A stretch of 64,000 bases of DNA, from the NCBI GenBank assembly GCA_905178155.1, contig CAJINV010000001.1:9259865-9323864 (forward strand), written 5' to 3'. Shown one piece after another: positions 21,412 through 33,845 of this stretch. Each line of letters starts with the position of its first letter. Positions within the stretch are counted from its first letter, which is position 1. This DNA comes from Amoebophrya sp. A120 (taxonomy: Eukaryota; Protista; Dinoflagellata). The notes below the pieces were generated by a model. That model did not search any database and had not been told where the DNA came from. It worked only from the letters and a program-made list of their open reading frames with translations. The translations under genes and the position numbers were made by a program.

Positions 21412-21654
21412 AATCAAAAGCAGAGCGAAAAAATATGCTTCGTAGCTGTCAAAAGGAGCAAAGAGACTGCGCCCCCAGTTGGTTCCGACAACACTTTTTT
21501 GATTCATATTCTCTCATGGAGAGGAAGCTTTTTACAGGACACATAAATGAGACAATGCTTCATTTTTTTTGATCAAGGTGTTAGACCCTTAGACTATCAG
21601 AGATCTATCTTCTGATAATTTTTTTTGATTCAGAACCAAAGCGCATTAAGTAAC

Positions 21655-21692
21655 TAGGATAATAAAGCAGAAGGTAGGATAATCAAGCAGAA
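21655..21692. repeat. Tandem duplication TAGGATAAT(A/C)AAGCAGAA x2
   Basis: 20-bp period, ~30 nt upstream of the paralogue 6 ATG. Confidence 0.85.
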
Positions 21693-21721
21693 ATACGATT
21701 CTAGTTGTCGAAGCTTACAAA

Positions 21722-22309
21722 ATGCCTGCTCCGGATTGCAACAAGCGTTCGAGGACGACAGCGGGTCTTTCCTCAGATGACGACGGAGGTTTGCCGCTCA
21801 GTGAGAAGATTCGAAAGGACATGGTGAATGACATGACCAGGGTAATGAATCGGTACGCCGATGCAGTCAAGCTGGAGGCTGGAAACGGCAACACCAACGC
21901 GGCGCTGGTCAAGGTACAGGGAGAGCTTCTAGCTTCACAGCGGGAACAGATGCAGCTGAAGCAGAAGATTGAAAAGTACGAAAGTAACTACTTGGATACT
22001 TCGGGACTAAGTGAGCAGACCATTCGAAGCAGCATTGTTTGGGAGAAGACCGAAGGGCTGTCGGAGACCGAGGTGAGCGTCATTGTCTCTGCTGTCCTGA
22101 AGTCGCTCCAGGCCTACACTCGTGCTGGACATTCGGAGCTCGATACTATTCCGCAGACGTTTCTCAATTTGAATGAAATACAGGAAAAGTATGTAATGTT
22201 TTGCGGATTCGGATTAAGTATGCGCTTGCCCGGAGGCTGGTCTAACCGCATCAATTTTCTGTTTTCGTCGAAAAACAATTTTCGTATCACAGTTTTCAAA
22301 GCGTGGTAA
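21722..22309 (+). CDS. Tandem-family paralogue 6
   Basis: KRSRT..SSDDD..LSEKIRKD; YLDTSGL; CGFGLSM; RINFLFSSKNNFRITVFK. Confidence 0.85.
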   Translation: MPAPDCNKRSRTTAGLSSDDDGGLPLSEKIRKDMVNDMTRVMNRYADAVKLEAGNGNTNAALVKVQGELLASQREQMQLKQKIEKYESNYLDTSGLSEQTIRSSIVWEKTEGLSETEVSVIVSAVLKSLQAYTRAGHSELDTIPQTFLNLNEIQEKYVMFCGFGLSMRLPGGWSNRINFLFSSKNNFRITVFKAW

Positions 22310-23139
22310 GCGAAAGCGAAATAAAGTTGTGCGTCATCAATTTTTTTGTTAAATGCCTTGCTTTTTGTTTTTGCTAAACTTGAACAAAAATGGTCAAACT
22401 GAAACTTTATCAGCCTAGTCGCAATCGCCCGCTGCTCTGGGAACGTTGTGAACCCGCACCGTTTCTTTCTGGTCGGAGGCGTTCAATACGTCACTGTGAA
22501 ATCCGCAAAAGATAAAAAGTGATCATGCGAATGAGGAAGAAGACGCTGGAGAGGATCAGTAACACAAAGTTACTTTTCGTGATCGATTATACTGATGAAT
22601 GTTGTCGGTATTCTTTCTTCATTCGAAGTACACTATCAGACCAGAACAAAAATCAAGTTATGGACGCAGATCGGACGATAAGTCGTGGACTAAATTTTAG
22701 TATCTTACAAACATGCGATCTGAGGAATTGGATCCGTCGAAAATGTAACTGAAGGTTCAGACGGAAGCGAATTTGTCGCTCCATGTGCTTGTAGCATTCT
22801 ATTATGATCAAACCTTTTTGAAAATATCTAACAGGCGGGTTTCTATTTTCTAGTTTCGGCAGTTTTTTCCTTTAAAAGGGAATTTTGTGACGTGTGATAG
22901 ATGCGCCCGAGAGAAGTACCCAAGTAAATGGTGTTGTCTTCTCAATCCGAGAGCTACTGTGACCGCGGAGATTTCTTGAGCCAGAAAGATTCTTTTAGAG
23001 ATATCAGTACCTATCGTAGTCATGGGCGTGGCTTTTTTCTTGCTAAAATCGATTCATCTTTTTTAGCTATGACGAAAAATCCTGCCGATTCTTTCGGAAC
23101 CGCAAGTTCCCGCTAGAAATTTGACTGCAAATCTGCAAA

Positions 23140-26100
23140 ATGCAGCCCAATAATGGCCACAAAGCTGCTCCACGGCCGCCACCCCCGCAGCCAGCGCCCC
23201 CGCGGAATGCCGGCCGGCCGAGAAACCCGGCCCCACCGCGCGACGTATCTAAGGCCCCGGTACCTCCACCACCCCCACCACAACCGCAGCAGCGGGCTCC
23301 TCCCAGGAAGCGACCTTCCACTTCTGGTAATGTCAACGACAGCAAGCGAGCGAAACTCCCTCCACCCGCTCCGAATAGAAAAGGTGGTGCACAGGACACC
23401 GAGGCAGCCTGGGCATTCTTGAAGAGCACGAATCAGGCATCATCCTCGTCGTCGGCTGCGTTCTTTCCGGGAACAACAAATTCCGGAAAGGGAGGTGGTC
23501 CTGCATCTACTTCAAAGAGCTCTTCGTCGAGCAGTTCTTCTGGGTTTCCGTTCACCGCGCAAGCCCGCACCGGAGACTACACCAAGGGATCTTCCAGCAA
23601 GGGGCTAGGTAGTTTTGGCAAGGCCAAGGCCGCGGCGACTGCAGGTGGACCGCCACTACCCGCAAGCGCGAAGGGGCCGGCCCGACCCGCGGCCGCGAAG
23701 GGCGGCAAACGGAACGGGAAGAACTACGTCGGGAATGGGAGCGGAGGCACGGCGCTCTTCTTCGCGAGCACCCGGAACCAGGCAGAGGCACAGGCTCCGC
23801 CATCTTCTTCTGCGTCGTCGAGTTCGTCTTCGTCAGCGCAGGGCCGAAATTCGAAAAACGCAGGTTCCGGAAGCAGTGCTGTCGCCGGACACGAAGGTTT
23901 CGACCCGTTCGAGTTCATGCGACAGCAAAGCCGCGGAACGCAGGAGTTCAGCGAGCACACGTTCTGGTTTAGGATTTTGCAGACCGACATCACCGGAATG
24001 GCGAACGAGCAACTGGCCGGCGGACAGATGAGCAACAGGCGTGGCACCACGAGAAATTCGTTCATTTCCATCCCCGACGGGCCGGATTTGCTGGACAAGC
24101 CATCCGCATTCACCAACTGGCGGCAGTACCGGAGTTATTGGGGTCATTTTCTCGCTTCCGAGGCGCGCGCGCAAATTCAGCAGATGGTCGGCGAGTGTGC
24201 GGTGAGCAAAAACAGCAAAGCGGCGACCTGGCATAAGGCGAAGATCAAGAAGGACATGCAGCCCGGCAGCATGCAGGTGCAAATGCTGGAGCAGGTCGGC
24301 GCCCGAGGGCTGAGCGGGCTGGTCGCGACCCAGAACGCGGTCGTGGCGCTTCGTAGCAGCACTTCTGGTCGATTGCTCCTAGTCCGGCCGACAAGAGCCC
24401 TCTCCTACGACGTCGAGGGACAATGGACAACCTGTGGCGTCGACGAGCAACGGTGGCAGGAGTTTGGAGAGACGAAAGAGCTCGCGCGGGTCGAGCTCTG
24501 CGCGTTTGGCCACACGTCGAACTTAATCAGCGTTTTCCGCGAATTGCAAGCGGTGTTGAACGCGGAGCAGCAGCTGCAAGAGCTCCCTGCCACCGCGCAT
24601 TTAGCCGATCACCAGAAATTGAGCGGCGACACGAAAAAGACCAAGCTGGGACCGCTGATCCTCACCGGAAAAGAGGACGCGGAGAAGAAGCAGAAGAAAG
24701 ACGCGGCAAAAGTAGAGAAGGAGAAAGCCTGGAAAGCCGCAAAGCATTTGGAGAGGTGCGACATCATGAACTACTCGAACTGCAACCCGTCGCAGCAGGA
24801 AGTCGTGAAAGAATCGGATCTGCGGGAAGACGGCATCATGCTGGTCCACGGGCCGCCAGGGACGGGAAAGTCCACGACGGTAGTTTGGGTTTTGAACACC
24901 GTCTTCCTCCGCGATCTGCATTTGTGGTTTTTCGGAGTCCAGGAAAAAATTTTCGGCGACAAAAACTTCGACAACACCATGGACAGCCTACTCCACGTCT
25001 TCGACAGCGCGCCGGGCCGGTTTCCGCGCCTCCTTGTGACCGCGCCGAGCAACCAGGCCGTGGACGAGATCTACAAGAAGGTGGCGGTTTTCCAACTGCC
25101 GACTGGGCCCACGTGGAAGCCGACGAAATATCGTCTGCTTTCTTCCCAATTCCGGTCCGAAGACATCCAGCAGCGCGTCCGCAGCTGGATGGCAACGAAG
25201 AAGGATGAAATTCCGCAGGTGAAGAAGAAGGTGCAGATGGAGCACCGAGGAAAGATCTCGAAGGCGGAGAAGCTGATCACGCAAATCAAGAAGCTGTGCG
25301 AGAAGTGCCCCAAGACCATGCAGGCGGGCTGGGAAGTAGTCTGGAACGAGGGCGCGGGGGGGCAAGTCGCCTACCGCCAGGGGCCGCCGAACAACGGCTG
25401 GCAGCCGTTTTGGAACCCGCCCTTCGAAACGGACTGGCAGAAGGCGATGCACCTACCGCACATGAAGCAAGCGAGGATGTTGATGAACGAGCTGATGTTT
25501 TGTATGTCTTACGACGTGCGCGCTTACCGCCAGGACTTACGGCGGGCGGAGTTCATGGAGAAAAACTTCGAGCACTTCCCGATGGTGCAGCCACCTAACA
25601 CTGGGACGTCGAACAAGGGCGTGGTAAACAAGCAGCGCAAGCCCGCCGCCCACATGCGCATCCAAACCTACTTTGAGAACCACATTTCCGAGGGCATGGA
25701 CATCGTGTTCGCGACTTTGAACCAGTCGCAAGCGGTCGACGTGTCCGTCCCGTGCTCGACTGTGATCGTGGACGAGGCGTGCCAAGCCACGGAGACCAGC
25801 ACGCTGATCCCGATCGTCGCTTCTCGCTGTCGCGCCGCCGTGCTGGTCGGGGACCCGAACCAGCTCCCCGCGACGACCTTGAATCCCGAGCTAACCGTGG
25901 AGACGTTACTGGAGCGCGAAGAGGAAAAGTCGAAAAGCACTACCTCAAACACAAAATCCCGGCCCGGCACGACCGGCTCCAGCTCCTCGGAGGAGTCGAA
26001 AAAATCCGTGCCCTCCTTTTCCCTGTTCGAGAGACTGCAGAAGAACGGGATGCAGCCGCACCTGCTGGACACGCAGTACCGCATGCACCCCCTGATTTCC

Positions 26101-28068
26101 GAGTTCCCGTCACAAGAGTTTTACCAGGGGAGGCTGAAGGACGACCCCATGTACGACAATCTCAAGTACGTGATCAAGGACGATCTGGAAAATTTCCACG
26201 TCTTGGACTCGTCCGAGCTTTGCGGGCAAATGATGGACAGCGGTAGCGGATCGAATTCTTGCAACCGAACCAATATCTACTCAACAACCGGAACTAGTAG
26301 TACTGCCACGGGCGAGGAGCGCGCGCTCGGGACTTCGTGGAAGAACGAGGCCGAGGCGCAGGTGATCGAGGCCCTGGTGGAGTTTCTGCAGCGGGCGCAG
26401 CCCTGGATGGAGATTTTGGTCATCAGCCCGTATCTGGGACAGGTGCACCGATTGAAGAGGCTGGAGAAGAACAAACAGAACACTGGATTCTATCCTGAGT
26501 AAAAACGTACCCACCCCATAGTTGTAATGCAAATCTGCATGGTGAAAATGTTTCTCATGCGGAGCCCCATGAGAAGCATTTTGCAATCGTGTTTTGCAAT
26601 TTGTCATGCTCCAATCAGCATGGTATGCTAGATCTGTGATGCTGCTGAGCTAGCTGAAACAGCACTATACTACGAATCCAAATTTGTCATGCAAAACAGC
26701 CAAAACTTGTGGATTTGTCTAGCCGATTCCCCATCTTGACTCTGGTGTGGGTACGTTTTTACTCAGGATAGATTCACCCTGCGGGACCACATGGAGAAGA
26801 AGTTTGCGCCCGGGACCGCCGCGGTGGCGGTCAATACCATCGACTCCTGCCAGGGGAGCCAGAGTTTTTGCGTGATCTTCAACTTGGTCCGGGCGAACGG
26901 GATGGGGGAGCTGGGATTTTTGGAGAAAGACTTCCGCCGGTTCAACGTCGCGCTGACCCGTGCGCAGCGGCACTTGTTCGTCGTCGGCAATCTGGACACG
27001 ATTCGGAAGACAAGGAGCGAATTCTGGCAGCGGTGGCTCCGACACGTCGAGTCCAACCGGTTCGTTAGCCGGCTGAGTGCGCAGGTAGTGAAAACTTTCA
27101 GCAGCGGGAGGAAAATCGCTTCGTCCGACCTGCAACAGAACTTCGAGAAGCGCCTGTACCGCCGTTGCGCGGAGTGCGAAGCTAAGCACGTACTGCTGAA
27201 CATCCGTAGTCGGAAGGACGACGGCGTGACCCGGGACGCGTTCTGCGCGCAGTGCCGTGCCGTGGGTGTGGCGGACCGGGTGAGGCAGGCGCAGGAGCTG
27301 CGGAAGCGGTGCGACATGACGAACAAACTGCTGAATTACGACGAAAGCTTCGAGTTCGACGTGAAATTCAACCCTAGCACGATGAGGCCACTGCCGGTAA
27401 AGGAGGCGGAGGAGCGCGAAAACGCAGAAAAACTCATCGACCTGTGGTGCGAAAAGGCGGGCGAGGCAGAGAATAGTGAAGCGGGTGAAGGCGTTGCTGC
27501 AAACAAGCTGGACAATGTGAAGATCGACCTGTCGACAATGGAGATTACCTCGAAGGAAGGCAACGATGATGCTGCTAGCGACGCCGAAGAAGAAACAAAC
27601 CGACGAAAGAAGATGGGGAAGATGAAATCGAACCCTCTGATGAAGCAAGACTTACCTGCAGGAGCCTTGCCTTTCGAGTTACCCCGCGCCGAAAGGGTCC
27701 TCCAATTCGTGCGCAATGCGGATGTGCGCACCGGGGTGCGGTACCTGGCACTGCGTGAGCAGAAGTGGCGCAAGATGATGGAGTTGAAAGCTCCAGACGC
27801 CGCTGGTCAGAAGCAAACGGTAACTGGTGGCAAACCTGGTTCTAGCGCGCAGCAGAATCAAAAACCGGTTTCGAAAGGCACAGTGGGAGATCAACAGCCG
27901 TCGTCTACCAGCGCAGCCGCTGCGTCCTCGGCAAGCAGCGCTGCTGCAGCTGCGCCAAAAGCCGGCGGTCCGGGAACTACTGGGACCGCAGCACCGGCCG
28001 ATGCGCGAAAGGTGGGCTCTTTTTCGCTTGCTTCTTTCGCGGCCGCACGCAAACGGGCGCAGCAGTGA
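23140..28068 (+). CDS. SF1 (UPF1-like) helicase, most similar to Sen1/senataxin; split by element E2
   Basis: Before E2: HGPPGTGKS, TAPSNQAVDE, IVDEACQ, LVGDPNQLP, SLFERL, LDTQYRMHP..FPSQEFY, ISPYLGQ. After E2: NTIDSCQG, RRFNVALTRA, then CxxC..CxxC. Confidence 0.9.
26491..26770. mobile_element. E2: introner-like TIR element, 280 bp, TSD GATTC
   Basis: Perfect 24-bp TIR TATCCTGAGTAAAAACGTACCCAC / GTGGGTACGTTTTTACTCAGGATA. GATTC at 26486-26490 and 26771-26775. Confidence 0.95.
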
Positions 28069-28656
28069 ATGACTTGATCTTGCAAGCGTCTCGCTCTCAC
28101 CGAAGATGTACCTGCATCAAACACAGAGTCTTTTACTATACGCAAAATACATGAATAATTCAACATGCGACAAGCGACACCATATCGAAATCTACGCAAA
28201 AGTATCCATTGGTCTAAAAACAGCACGAGCTGAGCTCGATCGGCACAACGCAGCTGTTGAAAGTGGGGCCTACATCCACTTGTTCTACTTGGTCCGCTTC
28301 AAAATTTTTTGATTCGTGATTCGGTTTGCGTAGGTCTGCGTGATCGACGACAGGGATCGGTTCGTAAAAGCTGTCGTTCACTGATCCTGAATAAATGTCA
28401 CTGTGCTAGAAATCGGTGCTTGTTTTGAATCGGTATGACATGGCTTCCTTGCCCTCATCCATTGAAGAGAAAATATAAATATATGATTTTGGGTAAGTAT
28501 GTCTATTATTCGTGAGATGAAGTAGAGTAATATCCAGGGTTCTGTGTGCCTTTCTTGTCCCTGTTTTACAAAGTCTTCAGTATGGTTATAGTTTCGATCA
28601 TCCGCCCTTTCTGTTTCTTCTCTTCCATTCACTGTTTCTTGCCCTCACTGTCCACG

Positions 28657-30322
28657 ATGACCAACATCATGACCTCTGCATCTGCCCGCGTCGTGTCTGC
28701 GGCACAACAAGACGCTCGTGCCCCCAAACAAAGAACTCTGTACCAGCTTCCCAGCAAGGTGATATCTTCGTACGCTCCGGCCCCAGATGCGGAGAAGATA
28801 GCCTCGGAGATCCGGGACGGCGTCAACGTCGTTAATTGGTTCACAGCGCACTTTAATACCACAGTCAGCGCAGGAAAAAAAATCGACATCAAAATCGACC
28901 CCAGCAGGGACATCGCAGAGATAGTGAAGATCGCAGAAGTCCACCCCGAAGTCGCACATATTCTCTGTTTCGGCGGCTGGAACGCGCCGCATTTAGAAGC
29001 TTCGGTGACAACCGCTGACGGCGAGAAAATTTGGCTGACCGGAAAAGAGTACTTTGACGCGTTCGAAAGCTGGAATGCGGATTTGCAACACAAATACCCC
29101 GGCTTCCGGGGTTTCGATGGCGTCGACTGGGATTACGAGGGCGCGTCTTGGAAATCGGAGACAAATACTTTCCCCCGCGAAGTGCTGGACATCGTCGGAG
29201 AGCTGTCGGTCTTGTTAAAACAGAACAATTACCTCGTCACCATGGCGCCAGCGCAAAGCTACCTCGATTGCACTTGTTTGGTAGAAGAAGTAGGGGGAGA
29301 TAAGACATCTTCACAGAGGGCAACGGGTGGTGATGGCATTGCGCCTGCAGCACAACAGGAACAAGAAGCAGATGAGAACCACACACACGCAGGCACCATC
29401 ATTCCCGAATGCGAGTTCAGCTTCTCCCTTGAATTACCACCGTGGCCGAAGGACTGGCATCCGGAGTTTTTGCACCACGGTAGGAACGCGTACGCCTACT
29501 GGCTGGGAAAGTATGGGAAGACCGTGATCGAACGCGAGGGAGCAGACGGAAGTAGAGTTGTTACTCACCCAGTTCCGGTTTTCGACCTCATCAGCATCCA
29601 GCTCTACGAGGGGAAGGCGCACGCGGACTACGCGGTCAGCGTTTTGAAAATGCCAACGCGGCGGTACCTGGAGGATATGGATTGCAAATATGTCTGGGTC
29701 TGGAAACTTGTAATGCTAAAAGTGAACGAAAGACGCACCGCAATACGCATCTATGCATGACAAGTTTCTTGGCTGCCATGTCTTACGTATTCCGCATGGC
29801 AAGCTGCGTTTTTGCGTGACAGGTAAGAGGGCTTTTTCGTGCCTATGCAACACAGATTCTCGAGTCATGCCAGACAAGCGTGACAAACTTGCATTCTTCC
29901 AGACCCAGACATTTTTGCATTTGATAGAGGATCTAGGCGAGCAATACAGGAAGGGCTACTACATCACCGTGCCGGCGGGGACGGCGAAGGGGGAACCAGT
30001 TCCAGCCGAAAAGCTTCTGGTCCAAATTCCCTCACAAAACCTGTTGTGGGGATTTGCCTTTGGCAAAAATTCAGCGGGGGATTTCCTAGTCGAGGACTTC
30101 GACAACGCCTTGCGGGGACTGGACGTTCGCGGGGGAATGTTTTGGAACATGGAGATCGACGGCACGGGAATCGAGACGGACGACAAATCGGACCCGTCAA
30201 AGTTTTTGCACATAGCAAAAGCCATGAGACATGCGTTACAAATCGAAGTAGAACCTGATGAAGTCGATGCAGAAGCAATTGCTTTTAGTGAACACAATAA
30301 AGGAGCCAACATCGTCACATAA
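28657..30322 (+). CDS. Glycoside hydrolase family 18 (chitinase-like), split by element E3
   Basis: Catalytic DxxDxDxE motif FDGVDWDYE; FGGWN; TMAP; IQLYE; C-terminal GGMFW. Removing 256 nt gives RRYLED|LGEQY. Confidence 0.8.
29676..29926. mobile_element. E3: introner-like TIR element, 251 bp, TSD GAGGA
   Basis: TATGGATTGCAAATATGTCTGGGTCTGGAA ... TTCCAGACCCAGACATTTTTGCATTTGATA. GAGGA at 29671-29675 and 29927-29931. Confidence 0.95.
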
Positions 30323-30768
30323 TTTGTAGCAGCTTGACTTTTTTGAAAACTGCCACAGATGAAAGAACTGGGCACTTTCTTATCCGCGTATCACAGTTCT
30401 TGGGAAAAACACAATCCGGCTGATGAAATACAGCTGGTGTCCTGTTCTTGCTCCTGGTCCATTTCTTCTAGTTCAAAATTAACAGGTGAAAATTTGTACA
30501 TCTGGTTCTGCCGTTCTTCTGATCGCACCGAATGAAAATCTTCCGAACGACAGCGAGGTTCGTTTTTCTTTCTTACACAAAACACATCAAAAGCTAAATC
30601 TTCATCAGTGACAATGTAGTCGTTTTGGTCGAATTGGTAATGACACATTTTTTGGTGTAGCGATGATGTTGCTTTGTTACTTACATGACCGTCAAGTGCT
30701 ACTAGCACTTGCATTTCCAAAAATGAAAGTTTCTTCCAGCCCTCTTCTGTTTCTGTAGTCAAAAAAGC

Positions 30769-32788
30769 ATGGTCGTTGACTATTTCAGCAGCCTTTCACC
30801 ACCGCGGCGGAGGTCGCTCCGGCCGCCGTCTGGTCCCCAGGGATTGCCTCTGCGGGTTTTCAATTTTTTGTATTTGTTCGCAGTCAGCCTCCACGCTTTG
30901 AAGCGCGGCGGATGGGAGCCGGTCGAGCGGATCGACCTGACGGCGATACAAGCGGCGCAACAGGAGTGCCGAGCGTTACTAGAAAGGCGCGGCACGGCGG
31001 CCCAGACTGCATCTCTGATCCAGGTTGTCCCGATTCCAGCGCTGAAGCGGATTTGTGCTATGGTACGGGCGAGACAGGGGCAGGCTTTCCTCAGCCGCCG
31101 CACGTATGAGGCTGCCCCACGGATCCAGTTCCAGTCGCTGTGCACCGGGCGACAAACGCACGTGGAGCTGCCGCTGGTGCTCGCCAGCGCGGATGTACTG
31201 GACCATTTAACGCCGTTGCTTAGTTTGCCCAGCCAACTGAACTTCAAGGGGTGCTTTGATAGTTATTTCAAAGTCCCAGAACCCCGGGTGCCCAGGGAAG
31301 TTTTCACGGAGCAGGAGAACGTGATCTACCCGTTGATCGAGCAACCACTGGCCGCCAGCCACGAGCGTGCGAAAGCCCGGCTGCGTTTTTTTCTCACGGC
31401 CGGAGACGAGCGCGCACTGTTGGAGCTACCGGGACACACGTCAGTCAAACGGCTGAGCGAACTGCTCTCGGAAATCGCCCCTGGAGGATCTTCGTCTTTA
31501 ACCACCAGTGCGGGCGCGAGAAATAAAGTCCATCGGCAGCGGTTCCACCTCGGATTCAGATACGCAAGCTCTTCTTCGTGCGTTTCAGCACGAGGTCTGT
31601 GGGAATGCAGGCGGCTGTGGGTTCAGCTATCAGACAAGCGAATTAGAAGACGATGCTTCTCGGCCGCACCACCCGCACCGCGGCGGTACGTTTGAGGAGA
31701 TATCGCATTTGGCGGTCAATGGTACGAACAAAACTGTCGAATGGCTGCGTGCCGCTGCGGGGGCGGCGGGCGGCCGGTCGAAGGAGGCGGCGGCGGAACT
31801 GTTTCGCATCGCGCGGGAGGAATTCGAGCGGAATTATAAGCAGTGTGACATCAGTAGCCCGGGGTCGGACGACAGCACCGCGTGCAGCGGAGGAGGGAGC
31901 CGGAGTACTGTTGCAACTACTGCCTCCTCCAGTAGCACTAGCACAGCAGCCTCGCCTGGAGTCGTGGTGGAACAGCGAGGTGGGCGGAGAGGTAGTGGCA
32001 GCAGCAGTTCAGCAGGCGTCTTCTCAGAAGGATTTCATCTTGTAGATGGCGACGGGGCCGCGGCCAGGGCCACTCATGATGAATATGGTACGAAAGCAGG
32101 AACAAGTCCAACGCCGAACCACGGCTTCTCCGAGTTCTTCCGCACCGCCTCGCCCAGCAGAAGTTCCACGGAGGAAAGTGCCACTGAAATGATGTCGGAG
32201 GATTGGACTCTGGCAGAAGTAGGTGATCGTACACGCACTACTTTTCCGGAGCGTTCCGCACCCGTCGCGTTTGGTCCGATTTGGATCATTTCGGAATGGA
32301 TGCCGGCAGTAACTTGGACGTTCGTGCATGTCCACCACAACGTACCTCCACTAGGCGTCCGGACCTACTTGCAAACGGCCGGCACGCTTGCGGGTGCGAG
32401 CCACGGCCGTCTCGGGCGACCCGCACAGAGGTGGGTTTTGGTAGACGCGTGGCAGCGCGTCGTTCCGTTTGTGTCCATTCTTCCCTCTGGGCGCGCGGAG
32501 CTCTTCCTCGGGGACAAATTTGGCGATGTGGCGCGCGAGTTGCCCGATGGCAGTGGCGCTTGGGCTGTGAGTATTAAGGGCGCTCGGGTCGAGAATGAAC
32601 GAATTCAGATTGACATCAACGCACACAGCGTCTGGCTGCAATTTGACTCTAAGGTATTGTCGGCGGTGAAAAACTACCTGCGAACCGTCGCCACCGCCCC
32701 ACCACCAGGGAGCGGCGAGAGAGAGCCAGCGTCGTACCGGCGGTGCCCTGCTCCTTCTTCGGACGGTTCCGCGTGTAATCAGATGTAG
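30769..32788 (+). CDS. Hypothetical protein; two overlapping frames, probably one gene with a short intron or indel near 31500-31600
   Basis: ORFs 30769-31695 and 31508-32788 are both coding-like. A candidate GT-AG intron 31528-31588 (61 nt) would join them in frame. Confidence 0.5.
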
Positions 32789-33845
32789 ATCCTTGGATTT
32801 TCTTGTGTCTTCAACTACTCACTTGTAGGATCATATTACTATTAGAGAGACTATGAGTAGTACATGTCAATACTTTTATAACTTTACAAACTCGTTTTGC
32901 AGCTTTTGCATGTTTATTTCTACTGGCCGGTGCTTCATCTTTGAACAAGCTATACTCTATAGTCTGGTAAACGAATCGCCATTTTAAAACCCTACCGACT
33001 CACTACTATTTTCTCGATGCGTACTGTGTAAGTGGTGCGCAGAATCCGATGTACAGTCGGATCGTGTTAGCTGGGCCTTCCACTTCTACCGTTGTGGTTG
33101 TGCAGCTTCACAAATTAATTCCGATTTCTTGCCAAGTCGGAACTTTTTTGGAACGATAGGAGGCTATGATTTGATAAGTTACGTAACTTCGCTTTGAGTT
33201 TGATCTGTTGAGCAAAGACAAAGCAAATGGGGCACTCAAGTTATGGGTTGCAGTTCTTCGGACACTGTGCAGCAGTTGAAGATGATTGCTGTATCCTATA
33301 GCAGCAATTATGTTTGGGCTGCCCAGCAGTGCTGCAACCATTCTTTCATCAAGAATAAGAACGACTGCATGGGCTCATCCTAGAGGGAGAAGTGCGGAGG
33401 CCTAGTGCTAGTCTCTTCATTTATATAGGTGAGTCAAAGAACAAAACAAAACTGAATTAATTCGGGCCGCCTGTGACGGTTGATTGTGGCAAAAAAACTT
33501 TGAAACGGGGAAAAATGGCTGTCAGCTGGCACTGACACGAACCCGAGATCCAATGGAGTCGAGGGTGTGAGTTCATAGGTCCATTTCAGTCCGTTCGACG
33601 GTTCAGCTCAGATGAAAAGGAATGTTGAAAACGTGCATTGCCAAGTTGAAATCGGAAAGATCAAGATCCGGAAAAATAGACGCAAAATACTGCTATATGA
33701 ATCCCCATTGAGTGACAGTGACTATCGGTGACAGCTCGTGGTCATGTAGCTCATGATATCTGAGTGTGCGGGAGGATGAATGACATGAATTCGTAATTGT
33801 TTTCTCTTCTATTTCCCTATTCCCCGTGATCAACAAAAAATCAAA

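Noticed and set aside
22830-23120. Weak inverted similarity TCGGCAG..TTTT / AAAA..CTGCCGA upstream of the SF1 helicase
   Set aside because: Too short, with no TAT...ATA termini or TSD.
30391-30762. 123-aa minus-strand ORF between the GH18 gene and the unknown gene
   Set aside because: Non-ATG start, AT-rich, no motif, and opposite to the block orientation. It cannot be supported, though it is not excluded.
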